Both the position numbers and the translations under genes were made by a program. A stretch of DNA of 64,000 nt from Selaginella moellendorffii (taxonomy: Eukaryota; Plantae; Lycopodiophyta): contig NW_003314340.1 in NCBI RefSeq assembly GCF_000143415.4, positions 124,001 through 188,000 on the forward strand. The letters run 5' to 3'. This document shows, piece by piece, positions 35,561 to 47,647 of this stretch (its first letter is position 1; each line of letters opens with the position of its first letter). Below the pieces are notes generated by a model. The model had not been told where the DNA came from. It saw only the letters and a program-made list of their open reading frames with translations, and ran no database searches.

Positions 35561-38500
35561 AAATAAGAGAGAATATAACTCTTGAAATCCCTCCTTTTAT
35601 ATCCTATAAGTGTGGTGGGAATTTACAATTGATTATTTTGTGTAATTTTCTTGACTTTAAAAGCTCAATTTAGAATCGTAAATGAAGTTTCTAAGTGGAT
35701 TTCCCAATTTCCACTCTTCCACATCCCAGAACTTAATGCTCCATTTAAGTTGGTGTCTATGCATTAGAGCTGGTAGTAGCCACTAATATAGTTGTCACTA
35801 AAGGTATGGTGGTTTAGAGGAGTTTTCTCTTCTTCTTCTTTGAGATTTTCTTCTAGACACTCATTTTAAAGATTTTTGACATTAGCACATGTGGATGCCC
35901 TTTCATTGATATGCTACCTCATTCATTCACAGATGGACAAAATTTCCCTCTCATACCTCTTGTTTATCTTGAAAGTATTGAAGTAACTTTGTGGAGCCTT
36001 ATAAAATTGAATTAATTGCTCCACCACTTTTTGCTCTAATGCATCAATTCTAGATTCCCTTGGCTTGAGTTGCATCCTAACATCTCTAAAATTCCCTCTC
36101 ATGCCCAAACTATATAGTTGCTCTTAAAATATGGATGTGCTATTTATTTTCTTGGGTCTCTACTATAGCTACTAACTCTTGGTTGAGATATTGTCGGCAA
36201 CCGTCTTGATGAGGGTGCTCACCATGATGACATTAAGGAGGAGTTGTGCTCCATAATTGTAAGGTTCCACGGATTGTTACAATATTGGGATGGTCACTTG
36301 TCATTGGGGATATACTCATACTCATGTTTAAATGGTCATGAGTCATATCAACCCTACTAGTACTTTGGTGTGAAAGCCAAATCTACCATGCTCAAGTAGT
36401 TGGAGTTGACAAGTGTTGCTCAACCTTGACCAATTGGGTTGAGAAGTTGCTTCTAGTTTTTATTTAATTGCTACAGTAGTTGGATTCTCTATGTTGGTAA
36501 TTGGTGTAGTCTTAAGTAGTATGAGTTCAAGAATCTTGTCTTCAAGAACTTTCTATACAGGAATTTCTTATTCTAGTTCAGACACTTTCTTCTTTGTCTT
36601 GAGATTTTCTTTGTTGAGATTCTCCTACTCAAGAATTTTCCTTTTAGGATTTTCCTTTGCTAGATTCCCTAGCAATAAAATGACTTCTTTTAATTATAGT
36701 TGTCCTCTAACGCTTTGGGGAATGGTAAATTACCATTTGTTAATCTAAAACCTTCTTATTTGCAAGATTTGTTATGTTTTCCACTTTGAGAGTCTCTAGA
36801 AGAAATGTTTGAAGGAGGGGAATGATTGATTTCTTGCAAAGCCCTTTTTTCCTGAGTACTTTGGTGAGACTATTAAACTTTGAGTGAGTTTGTTGGCTAA
36901 ATATCTTGCAATATTGCTTCCCACTACCTTCAAGAGATTTCTATAGATGAAGATAATGATTTTGCTTAATGAGGTGTTTGATCTTTGGTATTCCAATGAC
37001 TCCATAAAGAAGTGAAAAATGTTTCTATAGTCTTCTTTCATGTTGATCATTTTCATGTATCTATCATTAATTCCCCACTTATGAGGAGCTTTCAAATTTA
37101 TCCTGCCAAGTCGTTTTGTAATTGTGTTGGCATCAATGTAGTGGTACATATTACCCACTACAATTGCTTGTGCTACATGATCATAGTTTCAAATGAGAGT
37201 GGTGTTCATCTCAATTTCCAAAAGTGCTAAAAAATCCTAAAGCTTCAATGTGATTAAGAAGGCTTGGAGTAAACAATCTCTCTTCTAACAAATCATTATG
37301 GGTGTAAGGATGCCTAGGGATCTCCTCTTCTTCTTCTTCTCTTTATTCTTCATCTTTTTCCTCTCTATCTTCAATGTTGGTTTTTAGCCTCTTTGCCTCT
37401 TTTAGGGTTTTCAACTTCGTGGGATGGAATTGGTTCTTCTATGAGTCTAGCTTTCTTGGTCCTTGGCATACCTTGATCTAGGGAGAAGAGTGCTCATGCC
37501 ATAGAAATTTGGTTAAATGCTAAATCTCAAAAATTTTGCAAAAGCTTGCATTGGTATTTTTTAAGTTTGTTGATGTTAATGGTCTAGAGTTCCTCCCCAA
37601 CTAAAGTTTTTTACTTTGTTATGCTAAGGTTTTCAATCTTTACAATTATAATGGCCTTTCTCATCTTTTTTTTGCATTTTTTTTGCTAAGATTTTGGATA
37701 TTTCTTCAAATTTGTTTTCTAATTTAGAATCTCTAATTCCTTCAATTTTTTTTTGCACTCATTGAATGTTTTATGGCACGCTTGTATAGCATTGAAAGTC
37801 CCTCAATCTTTCTTTCATAAAGTTTCTCAAGTTTTATTATTTCTCCAAGTTAATGGCTATGTGGAGCAATGGTACAATATCCAAAAGCATATTTAAATGG
37901 TGTATAATTTATTAAGGCTTTGTACGTAGTGTGATATACCTATATTGCATTGTGGATTCTCTCATCCTGTCTCTCTAGTTATTTTCACTATTTTCTTAAG
38001 GATTCTTTTCAAGGTTTTATTTATTAACACTACTTAGCCATTTCCTTGCAAGTAGTATGGCATTGTAGTTGATGATAAGTTCATGAATGAAAATCTTAAT
38101 GGTGTTACTTTATGACAAGTTCACAAGATAAACCATATCTTGTGATAATTATGTTGTATAAGAATTTTATTGTCTTCTTTGCAGTTGTTTATTTCATTGA
38201 CTTTTTGCCCACTTAATCATGTAAGTTTTCACAATTTATTGCACTTTATATAGATAATATTCTTCACCCTTTTTGAATTTTATTAAAGTTGTTTCTGTCT
38301 CTATCACACTATATTCTTCTAAGAATATTTATGATACTTTACTACATTTAAGAATGGTGAATTGTAAGCCATAGTTGATTCCCATCTCTAAAGCTTTGCA
38401 CTTCTTCTACTGCTTTTACTAATGTTTTAGAGTATCAAAATTTAGTTGGTATACTAATGTATATTGCTAATGCTACTAGGCCAAATATTGTATATATTCC

Positions 38501-38744
38501 TAAATCCTTAGGGCAATATCTCATAGCTCCACAAATTATTCATTAGAAGGCAGCAAAATGAGTTCTTCAATATTTTAAAAGCATTATTAATATGAGATCA
38601 CTTATACTTGTTTTGGAATTTATTCTATACATTGATTCAGATTAAGCTAGTGCAGTTAATGACTCTTATTGATCTACAAGAGGCTTGTTTCCTTATAAAT
38701 TCTAGTTGCCTCTTGGTTTTCTAAGCATCAATAGTGCATAGCAA

Positions 38745-39120
38745 TATTTTCTATAAAAATAAAATATTTTCAGCTAGTCTAGCCACTCAAGAAATCATAT
38801 GACTTTATAGACTACTTACTGAGTTGGGACATTCTTCGTCACTCCCCACATCCATATATTATGATAATCAATCTACTATTATTTTGGCTAAAGATTCAGC
38901 CCTTCACTCAAAGTCTAAGCATATCAACATACTATCAGTATGTTTAATTTGAAATATGCCTCTTTGGCTACCTTTATTATGAAATATGTGGAGTCTTGGC
39001 CACTGATGCCCTGGTTAATGATTTAAGTGAGTAGTTTTTCATGTTTTGTTAATAGTGTCCATAATCTTATATCTTATGTTTTACTTTGCCTCTACATATC
39101 TGTAGGGGGGAAGGATATAG
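38745..39120 (+). mobile_element. Ty1/copia RNase H remnant followed by a PPT-like purine tract
   Basis: Translates ASLATQEII*LYRLLTELG and PTSIYYDNQSTIILAKDSALHSKSKHINI. AGGGGGGAAGGA at ~39104. Confidence 0.75.
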
Positions 39121-40184
39121 ATAATTTATAGAAAATATAGGGTAGTAGTTATTAGGGATTAGAGGACTACCTTAAAGTAGTGTAAGCTAACATTTTAGTT
39201 TATGTGAACTTAAATAGTTATATGATGATCTAGTCTATACATATCAAGGATTATGTATTAGGGCATATTTTAACCTACCTTACTTCAAGGAGATCACAAC
39301 ACCCGCAGTAGCTTATGGAAATCTCACATACTCCAAGATGAAGCTTGAAGTGCTGTAGACAAAGCTGTCGAATGCACTTGCCGCCCAAAAACAAGAGCTC
39401 ACAACCACTCCTAAACGAAGTGCTGCTCGGCACTATTGCTGGGTGTTGTGCGGCCCAACCATACTGCTGGAGCGCCGCCTATTGAGGCTGCCACGAGCTC
39501 CCATGTCAAGCAACCATGGGTGATGCTCACCGTGCCCATGGATGGAGCTCACAGCGCCCATCACAGCAAGATGGGAATATGCAAGTACTCTCTACCAGCA
39601 ATCTCAAAATCAAGGTCAATAAAGTCAAGGATCAAGGCTTACATGACTGCTTGGACGTCGTCCTGGACAATAGCAAAAGGAAGTGGAGTAGATGTATCCA
39701 AGTATTGCTTGCAAATAGAATTTTTTCGAAAGTTTCACATCCTTAATTTTCTGATTAGCTTTTCATGGTGATAAATGTATGATTGGCAACTTGCTATTCT
39801 TCTGCAGATCAATTTTGTCTTTGAATCTGCACTCACACCCGCCGATAGGGCCTAAACTTGCCACCAGGTGGAACTCCCGGCGGCCCATGGGAGCTCCACT
39901 ACTGTTTAGATTCCTTTCAGCTGAATATATAGATATGGTTTGTTTCATGGATGCAATGTATAATCATTACAAATTACATAATAAATTCTCTTGTTGTATA
40001 GGTGCAATCGAGGGTGAGTCAAAGTCTCTTCCAGAAACTGATAGATCATGGAAAGTCGGTCACTTGAATTTTCACGTTCATATCATATACGTAGCAAATA
40101 CGTAATTGCAATGCGAACAAAACTATACTCTAGATTTTCAAAAGTTGTGATGTAACCCAAGGACTTCGCTTGCAACCCACCCGC

Positions 40185-40192
40185 TATATAAA
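40185..40192 (+). promoter_or_regulatory. TATA box of hevein-like gene 1
   Basis: TATATAAA ~75 bp upstream of ATG 40262. Confidence 0.65.
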
Positions 40193-40261
40193 TGCACCCC
40201 GCCTCTCCATTCAATCAAACACTGCTCAGCTCTATCCATAGTTAAAGTGTTACTGTTTGCA

Positions 40262-40498
40262 ATGGCGTCCCTTCGTGCTGTCGCTGCTTTCTTCTTGTGC
40301 ATGCTCGTTGTTGCAATGGTGGAGCACGCCAATGTGGTGGAAGCTCAGGCAGCCTGTGCAACCCGTCCCTGTTGCGGTCCTCAGGGTGGAGGAGGCCGCT
40401 GCAACCCGGGCCTGTGCTGCAGCCAGTTTGGCTACTGCGGATCGACATCTGATTACTGTGGTGCGGGCTGCCAGCCTCGCTATGGAAGATGCAACTAA
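40262..40498 (+). CDS. Secreted hevein-like chitin-binding peptide (CBM18), 10 Cys, 78 aa
   Basis: Signal peptide ending VEA-Q; CCSQFGYCGSTSDYCGAGCQ motif; intronless. Confidence 0.92.
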   Translation: MASLRAVAAFFLCMLVVAMVEHANVVEAQAACATRPCCGPQGGGGRCNPGLCCSQFGYCGSTSDYCGAGCQPRYGRCN

Positions 40499-41847
40499 AT
40501 ATTCCATATAATGTGCTAGACACCTGCAACATGAAAGTTGCGAATAATATCTAAATAAGCACTGGTGTCCTTTATTCTCTTTTTATATATATGGTGTAAT
40601 GTTACCAAGCTGAACGCATTAAGCATCTCATCCAATGCAATCTCCTTCGTCATGACGCCCAATGCGCTGCAGGTTAGTGTGGTGGATTCCTTCCACTGCA
40701 TGAAATAGCTTTTCTTTTACAGCATTCATCTGAATTGGACCTGCTATTTCTCCCTTGGCTTGGCATTCAAATTAAGCAGTGAACAGAAAGCGTACAGGAG
40801 CGGCCTGGTGTAAGACCTCAGATTGACTTTTTATTCAGGGCTTCAATGTAGAAATCGCAGTGATCTGTTGAGTGCTAGAGCAGCAGCATCCTCTCTTTGC
40901 ATCGGCTGTTTTTTAAGGCAGACTGTACGAATTTATAATGTTCATGGTCGTAACATGTTATGTGGCACTTGAGCATTGCTATCGCACTAGCTTATCTCTT
41001 AGCTGCGCAGCTAAGAAAGAAGTTGAGTCCAACCAGAAGGACTGGGCTGTGATTCACATAATAAACATTTTGGTTTTACCAAGCAAGGTTGGCTCTATCA
41101 CTTGAGATGCACAGCCGTCTGGGCGCTATATCTAGAGTGGTAGGATTGTAGTTGCAATGGTTTCAATGCCAATATCTTTTATTTGATGATATTACTATGA
41201 CAACAAGAGATTGGCGATTGTTCGTGGGGCTGATTCAAATTGCCAGGCATAGAGCTGGATTTACTGGAACAAGCTTCTTATAAAATTCATACACCGGCAA
41301 TAACGTGCAATAAAAAGGAATCAAGACTCAAGAATCTAACATCTAGCTTACAACTAGGTCATGATCTTCTTTTAACTTGCGTTCATTTTTGAGGAATTAC
41401 AGCTTGCTTTTGAGACTGGAAGGGAGAGCACAGCTCCAAGGCCTAGGAATCCTGTGCTGGTGCACATGATCCTGAGCCACCATGGCATGCGCCGCCATTG
41501 GAAGGAGAGAATTGAGTGCGAGAGAAATAAAAGCTGCAATGGATAGCCGTTGAAAAACCACACATCCAACCTTCTAAAGTCTCTACTGTCACAGCTTTAT
41601 GACCAGACTGGCATCAGTTTTTTGACATTTGAACTTGCTACAGTGGCATCTTGCGGGTGCAGCGGACAGAAAAAAGAATCAGAAACACAAGAACAAGAAA
41701 ACAAGGCTAGATACTGAAAAACAAAACTGGAAACCAAACTTCTATCTTCTACCTTATTTTGACAGTGCTTGTTCCATGTGAAGTGTGAAAGTTTAATTAC
41801 CCAAATAGCAGCACTCTCTCTCTCTCTCTCTCTCTCCAAGTTTGTGA

Positions 41848-42084
41848 ATGGCATCTGTTCGATTTGGAGCTCTCACTGCTCTCTTCCTGTTCGTGCTCGT
41901 TATCGCAATGGCCGGTGTCATGGTGGAAGCTCAGGGAGAGTGCGCAAACGGGCCGTGTTGCGGTGCTCAGGGTGGCGGAGGCGTCTGCACCTCGACCCTG
42001 TGCTGCAGCCAGTTCGGCTTCTGCGGATGGTCGAGTGATTTCTGTGGAGCGGGCTGCCAGAAGGGATACGGCAGCTGCAACTAA
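41848..42084 (+). CDS. Secreted hevein-like chitin-binding peptide (CBM18), 10 Cys, paralog, 78 aa
   Basis: Signal peptide; CCSQFGFCGWSSDFCGAGCQ; same Cys spacing as the first copy; (CT)n tract just upstream (~41814-41836). Confidence 0.92.
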   Translation: MASVRFGALTALFLFVLVIAMAGVMVEAQGECANGPCCGAQGGGGVCTSTLCCSQFGFCGWSSDFCGAGCQKGYGSCN

Positions 42085-42492
42085 CACCAAAGTTTGCCAG
42101 AAACTAGTTTCAATCTGTAGCCACTCTCGCCACTCTGGATCAATAAGTCACATGGCCATGTTTCCATTGATTCTTAAGACTTGATCAATTTCCAAAACGT
42201 TCAATATTACATGTTTTAGATCCATGAAAAAGGGCGAAAGGTGGTGGATCGAGATTAGGGCTTGTTTTAATACATCTAAAACAACGTTTCTTCTTGGTCT
42301 AGAAAACGCCGTCCACCAAATTGTGTAGAGAAGCTCCTGAGAAGTTTCTCTTGACTTGATATCAAACCATCCACGCAACTTTGCCTTAGCAACAAAATTG
42401 CGCAACTTAGCAAGCGCAAACAGACCCAGAAAAGAGTCGCAACGAGGAAGAGAGATCCAGAGATGAAGCAAGCCCTGGTAAAGTAAAAGAAA

Positions 42493-44006
42493 ATGGTAGC
42501 AATGGGGAAGAACAAGGGCCATGTCGTCGCAGTACCTTTCCCGGCCCAGGGCCATATGTCGCCAATGCTCCATCTTTGCAAGCGCATCGCGGCCGATGGC
42601 TACCGCGTCTCGTTCGTCAATCCCAGCAGCATACACGAGCAGATGGTCCGCCGCTGGAAGCCATCGCCAGGCCTGGACATCCACCTGGATCAGCTCCCAT
42701 TCTCAGTCCACATCCCCCACGGCATGGACACTTACGCGGCGCTCAACTTGAGCTGGTTCTTCGACGAGCTCGCCACCATGTCCGCCTCGCTCACCGAGCT
42801 CCTCCACAGATTCTCGGACGAGGGAGCTCCGGCTTGCTGCGTCATCTCGGATGTCTTCCTGCCGTGGACTCAGGACGTCGCCAACAAAGCTGGAATCCCG
42901 CGAGTTGTCCTCTGGGCGTCTGGTGCGACGTGGTCGGTGTTCGAGACCTATGCAAAGGAGCTGTCAGAGAGAGGTCACTTGCCATTGAAAGGTAAGCAAG
43001 CACTTACCTTTGGGGAAAAGCTCTGGACCGGAACGTAACGTTGGCTGTGTTTGCAGACTCGGATGTTTTCGACGATAGCTGCACCATCGACTATCTTCCG
43101 GGAGTCACTCCGCTTCCAGCATCCGCCATCCCGACTTACATGAGAATCACAGAAAAACGCTGGGTGGAGCTCATACTAGAGAGGTGTGAAAGCATCTGGC
43201 GTCGAGAAACTCCGTGGATACTTGTCAACTCTTTCTACGAGCTGGAGCAGATCACTTTCGACTCGATGGTTAAGGAGTTTGGCGAGAACTACGTCCCGAT
43301 CGGCCCACTGTTCTTGCGTGACGGTCGTGACGGTGAGTCGGCAGGGCCCGAAAATGTCTTGCTGCGCGACCAGAGTATGGAATCGCTGGAGTGGCTCGAC
43401 CAGCAGAAGGAATCGTCGGTGCTCTACATATCCTTCGGTAGCATCGCCGCTATTAGCAAGGAACAGTTTGAAGAACTGTCTGGAGCTCTTGAGGACTTGC
43501 AGCAGCCGTTCCTGTGGGTAGTGCGGCCGGAGCTCTTCACAAACTTCACGCCGGAGTTCCAAACTTCATATGCGAGCTTCTGCGAGAGGACCAAGGCGCT
43601 GGGAATGGTGATACCTTGGGGAACCCAGCTGCAAATCCTACAGCACCCGGCTCTTGGAGGATTCCTCACACACTGCGGCTGGAACTCCATCATCGAGAGC
43701 ATTGCCAATGGCGTTCCTATGATTGCTTGGCCGTGGGGAGCGGAGCAGAACACCAACGCCAAGCTCATAACAGTCGACTGGAAAGTTGCCTCCAAACTTC
43801 CAACCAGGGGTTACTTCGAGCTCGTCCCAAAGTCCGAGATTGCCAAGGCCATCAAAGCCGTGACGGACGACGGGCAGGAGCGGGCTGTCCTCCAAGAAAA
43901 CGTACAGCGTCTGAAGAAGCTGGCCAGGAAAGCTATTCTCGACGGAGGGCAGTCTTTGTTGAATCTGGAGAAGTTCCTTGACCAGATCGGTCAATGGGCT
44001 TCTTGA
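42493..44006 (+). CDS. Family 1 UDP-glycosyltransferase (2 exons; intron 42992-43056)
   Basis: N-terminal HVVAVPFPAQGHMSPM; PSPG box WGTQLQILQHPALGGFLTHCGWNSIIESIANGVPMIAWPWGAEQ; a GT-AG intron joins the two ORFs. Confidence 0.95.
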
Positions 44007-44165
44007 AAGCTGTTCTCGATACGTTCTTCGCTGACCAGCGCATAATAGCTTGTTGCATTCAGCTGCTCTCTCTCCCACTGCTCCCTCCCTCCCCGTGTCT
44101 GTACCGTCCTCCCTGTGTGACGGCGCAAAGTCGAGTCAAGTGAACTGTCCATTTAGTTGAGACTT

Positions 44166-45584
44166 TCAGCCCTGTACGACCTTGGCCGCAGCAGCAGTGT
44201 CGCATTCGGCGGCAGCGCTGCCGACCTTCCTTTCCCCATAACTGTGCAGAACCTTGAGCAGCTTCACAGCTTTGCGCCTCGCCCTCTGCGTGCAATGGCT
44301 CTGGAGCAGCAGCAGCAAGGACGTCGAAGCCCGCGCTTGAAAGGCCATCTCCAGTGCCTCCTCATTGCTGTCCAAAGGAGTGCTGGTCTCGGTGCAAATA
44401 ACGGAGCACAGCACCCCCGCTGCGTACTCCGTCCCACGGTCCGACACCCTGAGAATCATGCTCAGTAGCAAAGGAATCGCCAGCGCGTGGCGCAGGATTG
44501 CCGCTCTTCCCTCCAAAGTCGTCGACAGCAGCTCCAAAGTTGCTAGCATCCTCTCGGAAGTCACCCCTTTGGCTTCCGTGAGCAGCTCCAGCAAACTTGC
44601 CACCACCCCTGCCTTGACTGCTGCCACCCGGTTGTCCTTGCTCAAGCACAGCGCTAGCAACGCCTTCACCCCACACTTGACAAGCTGCTCCTCACGCTCG
44701 CTCAAGAGTCCCACCACTGCTTCCAAAAAACTCCCAGCGTCTAACGTATCAACCTGCTGTTCTTCGCTTTGAGAGACCGCCGAGAGCATGACTACAAGCG
44801 TCGTAGCCGCCACCTTAGACGAGCTTGGACCTGTTCGAAGGAGCCGCTCTAGCACCGAACTAATGCCTGGAGCCCGAGCTATTGCTTCCAACACTAAGTC
44901 GCTACTACTAGAAAGAGTGACGAGCAAACTAAACACTACATCCAATACCTCCGCAGACTTATCTATATCGTTGCCCTCGTCCGACACCAAGAACGCCACA
45001 AGCTCGCTGTGGAGTCCCATCTTCACCATCGTCTGGCGATTCCGCGATGAAACCGCCAGTGAGCTCAGCGATCTTAGAGCCTGTGACGAACAGCACCTGG
45101 AGCTTATGACCTCCCTGACAAGATCCTCCAGAGACCGTGGCTGTTGATGCTTCTCTAAACATCCCAGTTCCTGGATTCTTACCCGTGGCGATTCTACGCG
45201 AGGACTGATCACATCGATCGTGGCCAAGTACCGACTGCCGGCATTGCCCCTGACGCTGCGATTGTGTAATTTGAGGGCAAGCTCCCATTGCGTCGAGCTC
45301 GGCACTCTCTGGAATCTCCTGTTGCATTCTTGCCTCTCTGCCGCCTCCGCCGCGACCCTATTCTCTTTGTCATCGCTGCAAGAGGAGGCGATCGTCGTGG
45401 TCGCTACCGATGACGCCGATGAGGAGCTGCGATCCTGCGGCACAGCTGGAGATGGCGTGCAAGGGCTGAGGACCACATCCGAGCACGCGCCAAACATCCC
45501 GCACGAGAAAATCTGCGCTGGCTTCACATATTTCAGCCGCGGATGATGCCGCCGCAGCTTCATCGATGCGCCTCGATCAAGCAC
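44166..45584 (-). CDS. Armadillo-repeat protein (PUB-type ARM region, no evident U-box)
   Basis: 472-aa intronless ORF with ALLALCLSKDNRVAAVKAGVV, RVSDRGTEYAAGVL and LLLLLQSHCTQRARRKAVKLLK. The start may be the second Met (45563). Confidence 0.85.
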   Translation of the reverse strand: MLDRGASMKLRRHHPRLKYVKPAQIFSCGMFGACSDVVLSPCTPSPAVPQDRSSSSASSVATTTIASSCSDDKENRVAAEAAERQECNRRFQRVPSSTQWELALKLHNRSVRGNAGSRYLATIDVISPRVESPRVRIQELGCLEKHQQPRSLEDLVREVISSRCCSSQALRSLSSLAVSSRNRQTMVKMGLHSELVAFLVSDEGNDIDKSAEVLDVVFSLLVTLSSSSDLVLEAIARAPGISSVLERLLRTGPSSSKVAATTLVVMLSAVSQSEEQQVDTLDAGSFLEAVVGLLSEREEQLVKCGVKALLALCLSKDNRVAAVKAGVVASLLELLTEAKGVTSERMLATLELLSTTLEGRAAILRHALAIPLLLSMILRVSDRGTEYAAGVLCSVICTETSTPLDSNEEALEMAFQARASTSLLLLLQSHCTQRARRKAVKLLKVLHSYGERKVGSAAAECDTAAAAKVVQG

Positions 45585-46053
45585 AAAGATCGAAATCTAT
45601 CGGCGCCGAAAGGAAGATCGAAGCGCGGAAGGAGAAGAACCCTGACAGAGCTAGCCCGATCGAAGCGCCGCGGATGATTGCTGGATTCCCCCTCGCATTT
45701 CTCTATAACCCTGGCAGCATTCTCTGGCGCGCGCCAATAACCTGAAGCCCTCCACCATTCGATCAGTCGATCCAACGGCAGCCGCGGCCCACCACGTGGC
45801 AATCAAACATATTTTGGAATCCGAGCCGTTAAAACCCCAAACGCAGCGATCGCGACCGTCCATCTGGCATTCTGTTCACACGAACAAGCGTGGCTCTCAA
45901 TAAATGGACCCGAGAAACGAATACAGGAGAAGAACGTTGATTCAAACCATAGACGATTTTGGCGGTTAGCTGACTCTTTGACCGCCCGCCTCGAACGAAT
46001 ATTCACGCCAGGTGTACGGGCATATCCCATGCCTTTATTGCCTACACGGAGCT

Positions 46054-47435
46054 TTAAGGCAGCGTGCCAAAAATTCGATCCCAGAAATTCGAAGTTATGC
46101 CAAAGCCTACTGTCTGGTTCTTGAAGTGATGATTCAAATGGTACCTCTGGAAAAATCAATCTTTGGATGAGCGATCGAAAGATATGGTGGGAAAAAATGA
46201 TTTTTCTTACCTTGAGCCTTCTACTCCATTGATCGAAGGCGACTCCATGGTGGAGAAAGTAGTGTGTAACGTCGTAGATCACGTAGCCGAGGATCCCTCC
46301 TCCCAGGATCGTTGGCGCCATTTCGCGAGGAGCTAGCGACGCGATGATCGGCCAGAACTGGAGAGCAAAGCGTGGATCGATCGATAAGTTCGTGATAGAT
46401 CATCAAAAGTTTTTGGAGAACTTTGCTTACGATCGAGAGAAACCCGAGAGTGGCCGCTGGAGGAAACACTAGCCGGTACCCGTCCATTGGATGCTTGTGG
46501 TGGCAACCATGAAGGAGATAATGGAATGTGTTCGACCTGCGAGATCCAAAGTTTCAAAGTTGGCCTCGAGAAAAATGGAAAAAGATCATAAGCACTCTTA
46601 CCAGTAGCCTGATGTTTTGACGTGAAAAAGAAATCGATGCATGCTATACTCGAGAAGTGACCAGATAATCACTCCAGAGATCAAGCACGAGACAATGCTT
46701 TGCGACTTTAGGCCTCTTTGAGATGACACAAGTAGAAGCCAGCATATAAATGGAAGCCAAACCAGCGGGATCACCCACCAGACTGTTCGTGTCAAAGACT
46801 GGAACCAAAGGAAGAACTTGAGATTTCTAGCTTGGAAGTTTCGGAAGATCGCGTACCTCGAGGATCTGGTTCTCGAAAAACCGAGGGCTCTCTTTGCAAA
46901 CGATAGGCTGGTGCACCCATTTCTCGTAAGCGTCTCCGAGGTGACCGACCTGAGCGACGAGAGGTTTGCTCAAATCGACTGTGAAGCCTCGAGTCTTTGG
47001 TTTTGTCTCTGAATCCTCGGAGTTCTTCGATCTATACAATCGCAGAAGTTTGAAGTCCCAACTTATAGAAGAAAAACCAAAGAACACTCGAGAAAACCAC
47101 ACCTGTGTTGCGAATTCTCAAGAATTCCAATGTGGAACTTCTCCAAAGTATCGAATGCGGCATCGCTGTGAGAATGCGCGGCCGGATCGTCGGAGCCCCT
47201 CATCAAGCTTCCAACATTGTCACTGTCAAGGCTCTGGGAAATTATCTGGAAAAACCATTATAAGGTTCCATCAAACAGTTCCTAGCTACTGGGAATCAAA
47301 TCAAACTCTTACCTGTGGGCCTCCCGGATGATCATCTAGGAACTGTGTCACATCGTAGACCTGGCCATCGACAATAATCCACGCATCCCCGGCGGATCTG
47401 TGCTTGCGGACGTCCGCCAAGCTCCACACACCCAT
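46054..47435 (-). CDS. FAH: Sphingolipid fatty acid 2-hydroxylase with N-terminal cytochrome b5 domain (multi-exon)
   Basis: Exons encode WIIVDGQVYDVTQFLDDHPGG, VDLSKPLVAQVGHLGDAYEKWVHQP, LEYSMHRFLFH, HGCHHKHPMDGYRLVFPP, YDVTHYFLHHG and YHLNHHFK..FGITSNFWDRIFGTLP*. Confidence 0.92.
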
Positions 47436-47647
47436 TGACCGATCGATCGACCGATCCAATCGATCGATCCAGCGCCGGGAGGGATCGCAATGTAGATCTA
47501 TCGCTAACAAGATCGAGCGTCGCTCACACACTCCCACCGCATCGGGCAAAAGCCTTTCCGACACAAATCCTGACGAAATGGACGGCTCAGATTGAGCCCT
47601 AAACTAAAAGGGTAGAGAAATTTTTGCTCTATATAATCCTTCTTGGA

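Noticed and set aside
35900-38700. AT-rich region with short minus-strand ORFs
   Set aside because: Probably decayed TE sequence, but I could not recognise a diagnostic motif.
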